DNA from: Candidatus Poribacteria bacterium
Lineage (GTDB): Bacteria > Poribacteria > WGA-4E > PCPOR2b
DNA length: 64,000 nt
Reading direction: 5' to 3'
Assembly: GCA_965218095.1 (NCBI GenBank)
Contig: OZ244587.1
Span: 2,048,001-2,112,000 of the forward strand
Shown here: one piece after another, positions 56,124 through 64,000 of the stretch
Numbering within the stretch: the first letter of the stretch is position 1
Layout of the letters: the number at the start of each line of letters is the position of its first letter
Position numbers and translations under genes: made by a program
The notes under the pieces: model-generated
Seen by the model: only the letters and a program-made list of their open reading frames with translations
The model's database searches: none
Told to the model about the DNA's origin: nothing

Positions 56124-57029
56124 ATGAGCATTTTAGTCGTCGGATCTGTGGGGTTAGACTCCGTTGAAACCCCTGCGGGTAAAGTTGAAAACGCACTCGG
56201 TGGGTCGGCTATCTATTTTTCGACTGCGACGAGTTTCTTCTATAAGCCGATCCGGTTGGTGGCTGTGATTGGCGATGATTTTCCCCAAGAGCATCTCGAT
56301 TTCCTTCAAACACGAGGGGTCGAGCTCAAAGGTCTGGAACGGATCCGAGGCGACAAAACCTTCCGTTGGGGCGGGGACTATACCGGCGATCTCAACGCTG
56401 CGACGACGCTCTTTACAGATCTGAATGTTTACGGCGACTTTGATCCGAAATTGCCAGAAACGTATAAAAACACGCCTTACGTTTTCTTAGCCAATATCAA
56501 CCCTGAATTGCAACTGAGCGTGCTTCGGCAAATGGCAGCCCCCAAATTAGTCGTGTGCGATACGATGAATCTCTGGATTAATAACAGCCTCGCCGCGCTG
56601 ATGCAGACTTTGGTCGAAGTGGACATCCTGATCTTGAATGACGGTGAAGCTCGCCTATTAACGGGTGAAAGCAACCTCATTCGCGCCGGAAAGAAAATTC
56701 TCACTTATGGGCCAAATCGGGTTGTCATCAAGAAAGGGGAGCATGGGGCAATTACCTTGACCGATTCCACGTTCTTCGCTACGCCTGCTTATCCACTGGA
56801 AGCGGTAGCCGATCCGACTGGAGCCGGCGATAGCTTTGCCGGCGGATTCCTGGGGTATATCGCCTCTGTTGGAGACATCTCAGAAGCGTCCATCCGTAAA
56901 GCGATTATCTACGGGACAGTCATCGCCTCCTTCAATGTCGAGGATTTCAGCCTGAATCGTCAGCGACGATTAGCCCAATCGGAAATTGATCAACGCTATC
57001 GTCAATTACAAGAGGCGGTGCTGTTCTGA
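56124..57029 (+). CDS. PfkB family kinase (probably nucleoside/adenosine kinase)
   Basis: GSVGLD, LGGSA, DPTGAGDSFAGG; located after metK-ahcY. Confidence 0.9.
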   Translation: MSILVVGSVGLDSVETPAGKVENALGGSAIYFSTATSFFYKPIRLVAVIGDDFPQEHLDFLQTRGVELKGLERIRGDKTFRWGGDYTGDLNAATTLFTDLNVYGDFDPKLPETYKNTPYVFLANINPELQLSVLRQMAAPKLVVCDTMNLWINNSLAALMQTLVEVDILILNDGEARLLTGESNLIRAGKKILTYGPNRVVIKKGEHGAITLTDSTFFATPAYPLEAVADPTGAGDSFAGGFLGYIASVGDISEASIRKAIIYGTVIASFNVEDFSLNRQRRLAQSEIDQRYRQLQEAVLF

Positions 57030-57110
57030 ATCAGGCAATAAGCGAATCAGAAAAAAGAAACCGGGAATTTAGGGAATTGGAAAATCACGTTTTACGTTTC
57101 ACGCACCACA

Positions 57111-58190
57111 TTGAAGAGAGTTCCAAATTTGCCAGAAGCTGCTTTACCCTCCCAACACTACGAATATAAAGGCACTATCCACCTCCATTCGCGCTACTCC
57201 GATGGGAACGGAACCGTCCCGAAGATTATACAGAAAGCCGTCAATGCAGGGCTGGATTTTGTGATGCTTGCTGATCACGATAGCATCAATGCTTTATACG
57301 ATGGGTATGAAGGATGGCACGATGGGGTCTGGCTGCTTGTAGGACAAGAGATTTCACCGCTGACCCACCACTATCTGGCGTTCAATCTCAACAGAGAGAT
57401 TCAGGGCAGGCGCCGAACTGACTATCAAAACATCGTAAATGAAGTTGCACATGCGGGGGGATTGGGCTTTATTGCCCACCCCTACGGCGGAAGAAAGCCT
57501 CCACTGTTTCAGGCGAAAGCTCACGCATGGACGGATTGGAGTATTACAGGCTACACAGGGCTCGAAATCTGGTCTTACATGATCGATTGGATCGATAGCG
57601 TCAATATATTGACGTTTATGTACTACTATTTTTACCCAGAAAAAGCAATCACTGGCCCACGCCCTGAAGCTTTGCGCAAATGGGATGAAGTTGCACAGCG
57701 CCGCCATGTTGTTGGCATTGGGTCCACCGACGCTCATGCAAAGCCACTCCCAATTTTTCGTTTCATCAAGTTTTTTCCCTACGAGTTTCTCTTCCGAACC
57801 ATTCGGACACACCTCCTACTCGACACCCCTTTACCCACACAATCCCTTCCTGAAAGCAAACGGCTGATTTATGACGCCCTTAGAGCGGGACACTGTTTTA
57901 TCGCTTACGATCTCCTTGCCGATTCGATGGGATTCACATTTACGGCGGAGATGAAAGGCGTGCCTCTGCTGATGGGCGATGAAGCTATCTTTGATGGAGC
58001 AGCGGATCTCCGGATCGCTGCCCCCCAACCTGCAAACATTCGACTCATTCGAGATGGACGCCCCATCCACAACGCCAACGGCAAATCCTTACGCTTCCCC
58101 ATCGATCAAGCGGGTGTCTATCGCGTCGAGGTTTACTATAAAGGTCAGCCTTGGATCTTTTCCAACCCCATCTTTCTGCGTGAAGCGTAA
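57111..58190 (+). CDS. PHP-like CehA/McbA family metallohydrolase
   Basis: HLHSRYSDG, ADHD, AHP, GSTDAH, WIFSNPI. Confidence 0.85.
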   Translation: MKRVPNLPEAALPSQHYEYKGTIHLHSRYSDGNGTVPKIIQKAVNAGLDFVMLADHDSINALYDGYEGWHDGVWLLVGQEISPLTHHYLAFNLNREIQGRRRTDYQNIVNEVAHAGGLGFIAHPYGGRKPPLFQAKAHAWTDWSITGYTGLEIWSYMIDWIDSVNILTFMYYYFYPEKAITGPRPEALRKWDEVAQRRHVVGIGSTDAHAKPLPIFRFIKFFPYEFLFRTIRTHLLLDTPLPTQSLPESKRLIYDALRAGHCFIAYDLLADSMGFTFTAEMKGVPLLMGDEAIFDGAADLRIAAPQPANIRLIRDGRPIHNANGKSLRFPIDQAGVYRVEVYYKGQPWIFSNPIFLREA

Positions 58191-58300
58191 AATGTAACAG
58201 ATCTTTCCATTGCATTTCCTTATTCCCACGGGGTCATTTAGTTTTCAGCCTTTGAGCGTGACCGAACAATTAAATGCTCCTATTAATCCCACTCTGAACC

Positions 58301-58329
58301 TTGACAGGATGTAATCTCTGCGCTATCAT
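58301..58329 (+). promoter_or_regulatory. Putative sigma70 promoter of tmk-holB
   Basis: TTGACA-17 nt-TATCAT. Confidence 0.6.
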
Positions 58330-58355
58330 ATAAGTCAACAAATTAGGGGAAAACT

Positions 58356-58997
58356 ATGGCGCAACGCGGACTTTTTATCACCTTTGAAGGGACAGACGGT
58401 TCAGGGAAAACGATACAGATCCAACGGCTATCGGCAGATCTGATACGAGCCGGCCATGCGGTGTGCGTAACACGCGAACCGGGCGGTACGCCGATCTCCG
58501 AGCAGATTCGTGAGATGGTGCTGAATCCGAATCATCGTGAGATTGCATCGACAACGGAGTTGTTGTTGTACGCCGCAGCGCGGGCACAGAATGTATCGGA
58601 GGTCATCCGACCTGCGCTGGAAGCCGTGAAGATTGTCATCTCCTCTCGGTTTACAGATGCAACGGTTGGCTATCAAGGCTATGGACGTGGATTAGACCTT
58701 GAGATGATACGCTACCTGAATCGGATCGCGACAAGCGGCTTGGCGCCGGATTTGACCCTTCTGTTGGATCTGCCGGTGGAGATCGGATTGCAACGTGCCC
58801 AGCAAAGCCGGGGGACAATGGATCGCTTGGAGTTGGAAGACATTGAATTTCACCAACGGGTCCGGCAGGGCTACCTCGCTATCGCAGGTCAAGAACCCGA
58901 CCGCGTCAAGATTATCGATGCGCAAACAAACCCTGATTGTGTGTATGAGCAGATAAAGGCGGAGGTCGATCGTAAATTCAAGGCCATGAATTCATGA
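58356..58997 (+). CDS. tmk: Thymidylate kinase
   Basis: FITFEGTDGSGKT, TREPGGT, YQGYGRG. Confidence 0.96.
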   Translation: MAQRGLFITFEGTDGSGKTIQIQRLSADLIRAGHAVCVTREPGGTPISEQIREMVLNPNHREIASTTELLLYAAARAQNVSEVIRPALEAVKIVISSRFTDATVGYQGYGRGLDLEMIRYLNRIATSGLAPDLTLLLDLPVEIGLQRAQQSRGTMDRLELEDIEFHQRVRQGYLAIAGQEPDRVKIIDAQTNPDCVYEQIKAEVDRKFKAMNS

Positions 58998-59042
58998 GTT
59001 CGTTTTTTGAACTCACGTTTCACGTTTTACGCATTACGCTCT

Positions 59043-59996
59043 ATGAAACAGCCTATCATCGGACATCAGCAGATCATTGAACAGTTTCACTACGCGATTG
59101 CATCGAATCGCGTGGCGGGCGCCTACCTATTCGCTGGAATAGCCAATGTTGGAAAAGAGACTGTCGCCCTCCACTTCGCAAAATCGATCAATTGCTTAAC
59201 GCCAAACGAGGGGGCATGCGGTGCCTGCTTATCCTGCCGTAAAGCCGACGATGGGAATCACCCTGACCTTCAGATTATCCGTCCGTCAGGGGCTTGGACC
59301 AAGATTGATCAGATCCGCGAATTGCAAAAACGGATTATTTACCGACCGCTTGAAGGGGTACAAAAAGTCTACATCTTGACCGAAGCAGAGCGGATGAATC
59401 TCGAAGCCGCAAACTGTTTACTCAAAACCCTTGAAGAACCGCCCGCCAAATCGGTTTTAATCCTCCTGACCACAAATCTTGATGCGCTGCTACCCACAAT
59501 CCGGTCCCGTTGCCAAATCATCACGTTTCACCCGCTGCCGATTCCTGAACTCGCTGGGTATTTGATGAAGAGGTTCGACATTGAGGAAACTCAGGCGTTT
59601 TCAATTTCTACATTAGCCGGTGGCGCCGTTGGCAAAGCACTGTCGCTGCTTCAAGAGGGAGCGAGTTTCGATGAAGAGATCCCAGAGATTATCACTGCCG
59701 GCGATCGGTTAGATGCCTTTCGGATTGCAGAAAAATGGAATCAGCAACCGGAAGCACTCGACCACCTCGTGACATGGTATCGCGATCTAATGCTGCTGCA
59801 TCAAGGAGCCCCCGCAGATCTGCTTACTCATGTCCATCATGTGGAACAACTCAAACAGCTGACAGCGCGTTACTCACGGCTACAATTGCAGTCGGCGATC
59901 AAGGCGATTTTTGAAACGAAAGTTTTGCTTCAACGCAACGTCAACGCGACATTGGCTCTGGAGGTTTTGGCTTTGAAATTGTTGCGTAAACCGTAG
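59043..59996 (+). CDS. holB: DNA polymerase III subunit delta'
   Basis: CGACLSC..NHPD, AANCLLKTLEEP, LLPTIRSRC; follows tmk. Confidence 0.95.
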   Translation: MKQPIIGHQQIIEQFHYAIASNRVAGAYLFAGIANVGKETVALHFAKSINCLTPNEGACGACLSCRKADDGNHPDLQIIRPSGAWTKIDQIRELQKRIIYRPLEGVQKVYILTEAERMNLEAANCLLKTLEEPPAKSVLILLTTNLDALLPTIRSRCQIITFHPLPIPELAGYLMKRFDIEETQAFSISTLAGGAVGKALSLLQEGASFDEEIPEIITAGDRLDAFRIAEKWNQQPEALDHLVTWYRDLMLLHQGAPADLLTHVHHVEQLKQLTARYSRLQLQSAIKAIFETKVLLQRNVNATLALEVLALKLLRKP

Positions 59997-60205
59997 TTAG
60001 TTGTTTAAGAGAAGTTGCACACTTGAACTTAATGCCTTGTAGTTCGGCGATTCATCGCCGATGAACACCATTTCCAATGCCCGATGAATCGGGCAACTAC
60101 AGCAGAGGCTCCATCAGAGAATCCGTAGGGAACAACGATCGCCGTTCCCTGCGGAAGGGCGTAGCTCTTATGGGTGCTAAAGTTCACGGATAGGAGGAGT
60201 TAGTC

Positions 60206-61156
60206 ATGGCGTTGGGTAACTTACAAAGTACTATTGAGAAACTACGGAAAACGATTGAGGCACATCGTGGATATTTGGCTGGAAATGAAACCCGCACTCG
60301 GCAGGTGCTAATCGATCCGTTGCTGCGAAGGTTGGGTTGGGATGTGTCAAATCCGAATATAGTTCAACTTGAATATAGAGTGAAGGAGCAATGGGCGGAT
60401 TATGTACTTATGTCAAAGGGTAAACCGGTTGCTGTTATTGAAGCAAAGCCGCTGGGAAGCAATTTAAAAATTAAGGTGATAGGGCAAGCTATCGCTTATG
60501 CGAAGTTGGCTGTTATTGATTACACGGTTGTTACTGATGGTGATAGATGGGAGATGTACGATGTCTTCAAGAAAGCCACATTGGAAGAGACTCTGTTAAT
60601 GGAGTTGGAATTGTCTCAACAGCCGGCTGATAAGAATGCGAAGCAGGCGTTGGCAATGAGGAAGCTAAATCTCACCTCTAAGAAACCAGTCTTTGTGCGA
60701 CCAAAGCCTCCACGGGATAAACCGCGAGTACAGCCGCCTATCGACCCACCAAAAGATACCGACAACTGGTGTTCCTTTGAAGATAAAATGTACCCGCCGG
60801 ACGCTGATCCAGCCAAATTGAAAATAGGTAATAGCCCCGCAGTGACTGTTAAGAGTAAGAAATGGACGGAGGCTATTCATAAAGTTGTTGCTTGGCTCGC
60901 TGATGAGGAAATACTAAGTGCCAATGACTGTCCAATCGGCACAGCGACGTATACTTTCATCGGTCACAAATCGGTGAACCCTGATGGCACACCGTTCAAA
61001 AACCCACAAGAACTGTCGAACGGCCTTATTTTGCAGGGTGGCTATTTAAACACCCAAGCACGATGGAGTAAATTAAGGCAGTTGCTAGAGGACCTTGATG
61101 TGAATAGAAACACGATTCGAGTGTCCTATAGATCGTCAAGACAAGCCAATCGCTAA
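60206..61156 (+). CDS. HSDR_N-like PD-(D/E)XK restriction-endonuclease-domain protein
   Basis: NETRTRQVLIDPLLRRLGWD, ADYVL..VIEAK, QAIAYA, VTDGDRW. Confidence 0.8.
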   Translation: MALGNLQSTIEKLRKTIEAHRGYLAGNETRTRQVLIDPLLRRLGWDVSNPNIVQLEYRVKEQWADYVLMSKGKPVAVIEAKPLGSNLKIKVIGQAIAYAKLAVIDYTVVTDGDRWEMYDVFKKATLEETLLMELELSQQPADKNAKQALAMRKLNLTSKKPVFVRPKPPRDKPRVQPPIDPPKDTDNWCSFEDKMYPPDADPAKLKIGNSPAVTVKSKKWTEAIHKVVAWLADEEILSANDCPIGTATYTFIGHKSVNPDGTPFKNPQELSNGLILQGGYLNTQARWSKLRQLLEDLDVNRNTIRVSYRSSRQANR

Positions 61157-61258
61157 ATGAAGTCAATGCGTCCAATTTGGGTTGAGCGGATGCAGGGAAC
61201 GCAGATCTGCGTTCCCTACGAAGATACAATACGCAGTAAGTCAAAAAGGAATACAATC

Positions 61259-63169
61259 ATGAGTACATTCTACATTACAACACCGATATACTATACCAAC
61301 GCCGAGCCGCACGCCGGACACGCGTATACAACAATCGCCGCCGACGTGCTCGCAAGATACCATCGTCTCAAAGGGGACGACGTTTTTTTTCTGACCGGCG
61401 TGGATGAACATGGGGAAAATATCCAAAAAATTGCTGACCAGAAAAACATCTCTCCACAGGCTTACTGCGATCAGATTGCTCCAACGTTCACGACGCTTTG
61501 GGAAAGGTTAAATGTATCTTACGACATCTTCCTGCGCACAACGAGCGAATTGCACAAAAACGGCGTCAGAAAACTCTTGAACACGCTTTATGAAACAGGG
61601 GACATATACAAAGGCAAATACAAGGGATACTATTGTCGTCCGTGCGAACGCTTTTTCACCGAAAAGGAGCAGGGCAAGGATAGAATCTGTCCAATCCACA
61701 ATTTACCCTTGGAATGGGTCGAGGAAGATAACTACTTCTTCGCGCTTTCAAAATATCAAGACCCACTGATTGAACACATTCACAAAAATCCTGAATTTAT
61801 TCAACCCGATAGCCGTCGTAACGAGATGTTGAACGTACTAGAGTCAGGATTGGAGGATGTGAGCATCTCACGGTCTTCCGTATCTTGGGGGATTCCTTTG
61901 CCGTTCGATACAGAGCACATCTCTTATGTCTGGATTGAAGCCTTGAGCAACTATGTCACCGCACTCGATTATGCCCAAGATGGGGAAAGGTTTCGCAAAT
62001 TCTGGCCCGCCAACGTTCACTTGATGGCGAAGGACATAGCACGCTTTCACGCTATTATATGGCCAGCCATGTTAATGGCGGTCAAATTGCCAGTTCCCAA
62101 AAAAGTCGTCGCACACGGCTTCCTGACAAAAGATGGCGAAGCCTTGAGCAAAACGCTCGGTATCTTCATTGATATGGATACCGACATCGGGACGTATGGG
62201 TTGGATGCGTTCCGCTACTACCTGTTGCGCGAGTTCAGCTTCGGAAACGATGGCGATTACCGGCCGAGCCGCCTCGACGCCCGCTACAATGCCGACCTCG
62301 CAAACGATCTCGGAAACCTGCTTAACCGCACACTAGGGCTTGTATCCAAAAACTTCGGTGGTATCCCTGAACCGACGACATCGGGGGAATTTGATGACGA
62401 GATTCAACAGATGGCGCGTGAAACGGTTGAGAAGGTCGATGCCCTGATGGACCAACTCGTTTTCGATATGGTGTTGGAAACGATCTGGGAGTTTGTGCGG
62501 CGAATTAACCGCTATATCCAGCAAACACAGGTTTGGACGTTGGCAAAGTCGGAAGAAACAAAAGGGCGTATGGGAACAATCCTCTATAACAGTATGGAAG
62601 CCCTGCGGGTTGTTGCCGTCCTGATTTCTCCCTTCATGCCCGATACCGCCAATCGCATCCGTCAACAGCTTGGACTCGATGAGAACTTCAACGACCAAGG
62701 ATTGGATACGGTCGCTGAGTGGGGAGGTTTGCCTTCGGGACTGGCGGTTGGAAAACCCGAACCCATTTTTCCTCGAAAGGATACCAAGAAGCCGAAGCGG
62801 GAGAGCAAAGGGACACCTGCCCAAGCGGAGAAGCCCACAGATGATAATCTGATCTCGATGGATCAGTTTCAGGAACTGGATCTGCGTGTCGCTGAAGTGA
62901 TCGCTGCCGAGCGTGTCCCCAACGCAGATCGTCTCCTGAAATTACAAGTCGATCTCGGGAGTGAGAAGCGTCAAGTTGTTGCCGGCATTGCAGCGCATTA
63001 CGCGCCCGAAGAGCTCATCGGGAAACAGATTATTCTAGTCGCCAATTTGCAGCCTGCCAAGATACGCGGTATCGAATCGCAGGGGATGTTGCTCGCGGCT
63101 GCGGATAAGAAAACCCTTGCCGTGGCGACGTTTGAGAAGACGATGCCCCCCGGCGCACAGATCCGTTGA
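61259..63169 (+). CDS. metG: Methionine-tRNA ligase with C-terminal tRNA-binding domain
   Basis: YITTPIYY..PHAGH, ALSKT, LANDLGNL, DLRVAEV..ESQGM. Confidence 0.97.
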   Translation: MSTFYITTPIYYTNAEPHAGHAYTTIAADVLARYHRLKGDDVFFLTGVDEHGENIQKIADQKNISPQAYCDQIAPTFTTLWERLNVSYDIFLRTTSELHKNGVRKLLNTLYETGDIYKGKYKGYYCRPCERFFTEKEQGKDRICPIHNLPLEWVEEDNYFFALSKYQDPLIEHIHKNPEFIQPDSRRNEMLNVLESGLEDVSISRSSVSWGIPLPFDTEHISYVWIEALSNYVTALDYAQDGERFRKFWPANVHLMAKDIARFHAIIWPAMLMAVKLPVPKKVVAHGFLTKDGEALSKTLGIFIDMDTDIGTYGLDAFRYYLLREFSFGNDGDYRPSRLDARYNADLANDLGNLLNRTLGLVSKNFGGIPEPTTSGEFDDEIQQMARETVEKVDALMDQLVFDMVLETIWEFVRRINRYIQQTQVWTLAKSEETKGRMGTILYNSMEALRVVAVLISPFMPDTANRIRQQLGLDENFNDQGLDTVAEWGGLPSGLAVGKPEPIFPRKDTKKPKRESKGTPAQAEKPTDDNLISMDQFQELDLRVAEVIAAERVPNADRLLKLQVDLGSEKRQVVAGIAAHYAPEELIGKQIILVANLQPAKIRGIESQGMLLAAADKKTLAVATFEKTMPPGAQIR

Positions 63170-63210
63170 GTCCACGAATCGGTGAAGCAATATAGTGTTC
63201 TGTCAGGTTT

Positions 63211-63243
63211 AACCTTGCGAAGGTTTCAAACCTTCGCAAGGTT
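63211..63243. repeat. REP-like palindrome (related copies at 3538-3553, 12375-12408 and about 14427-14457)
   Basis: AACCTTGCGAAGGTTT-C-AAACCTTCGCAAGGTT perfect inverted repeat after metG. Confidence 0.7.
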
Positions 63244-63479
63244 TGAGTCCATCAATGGGAGAAATGTCGATGAAGTTCATCTCATTAAATCCGCTGAGGA
63301 AACGAATTCTGAAATTGCTTAAACCCTCGTTTGGACCTGAAGACAAGGTGCACAGCTCATTCTAAATCTGGCAACAACTCAGAAAGAAGTGACAGAGGTC
63401 TCCACTAATCTGCGAGCGGAGGCTTCGAGCGACTGACTCGTGATTCATCTGGGCCCTATTACGTTTCACGTTTTACGCC

Positions 63480-64000
63480 ATGGAAACCATTCTTACCAAC
63501 GGACAAGTCCCACTCCCAATCGACAAAGAGATCTGTGCCCGCCTTGAAAACGGTCGTGCGGATACATTCCTGCTGATCGTCCCAACTGCCCATGCCCGCC
63601 TCAAGTGGCAACGCGAATGCCTGGACTATGCCCCAAACCGAGCCGCTGCGGGCTTACACATCCACACACTCGAAGACCTCGTGCAACGCTTTTACAGACG
63701 TATTGGCGCCGGGCGAAGACAGATCTCCGTGGGTTTACAGACAATATGGATGCGCCAGATCCTAGATCGGGGTGAACTCCCGTTTTTGAAACCGCATCCA
63801 GAAATTCCCGTCCCCCAAGGAACGGTAACACGATTGACAAGTGCGATTAACCAACTCAAGGGGAGTGGCATAGATCCGTCTCAGTTGCAGGGCGATCTGA
63901 TCCAAAGTGAGGAGGTAGAACGCGGTAAACTGACGGATCTCACCGCGCTTTATGAAGCGTATGAGGGATGCCTCAGCAATCAATGGGCGGATCGTGCAGG
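63480..64000 (+). CDS. 3'-partial protein, possibly AddB/RexB-like
   Basis: Open from ATG 63480 to the window end: METILTNGQ..FLLIVPTAHAR..HIHTLEDLVQRF; absent from the ORF track because it has no stop codon in the window. Confidence 0.55.
   Translation, partial: METILTNGQVPLPIDKEICARLENGRADTFLLIVPTAHARLKWQRECLDYAPNRAAAGLHIHTLEDLVQRFYRRIGAGRRQISVGLQTIWMRQILDRGELPFLKPHPEIPVPQGTVTRLTSAINQLKGSGIDPSQLQGDLIQSEEVERGKLTDLTALYEAYEGCLSNQWADRA

Overview
64 kb of a bacterial chromosome. The gene content (many PhyH dioxygenases, Gfo/Idh/MocA oxidoreductases, creatininase-family enzymes, an extended ECF sigma factor) suggests a Poribacteria-like organism; this is inference only. Core genes are intact (leuCD, acs, rpsA, metK, ahcY, tmk, holB, metG, nfeD-floA), while about 11 accessory genes are frameshifted or truncated. 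Mobile elements are two IS5-family copies, one further DDE IS and a 206-bp MITE that splits an HPr gene. The main finding is a compact cas1/cas2-less CRISPR-associated IscB locus (53538-55769) directly after metK-ahcY. It has a 3-repeat/2-spacer mini-array, a bulged anti-repeat joined to an omegaRNA/HEARO-like scaffold, and a 513-aa IscB with a CxxC..CxxC insert at the REC position and Gln in place of the RuvC-III His. Spacer 1 matches the resident IS5 transposase at 30209-30247 exactly (39/39) and the second copy at 20939-20977 at 35/39, so this looks like an RNA-guided system aimed at the host's own insertion sequence. A probable deiodinase-like selenoprotein (FGSYT-UGA-SPF) missed by the ORF track is also present.
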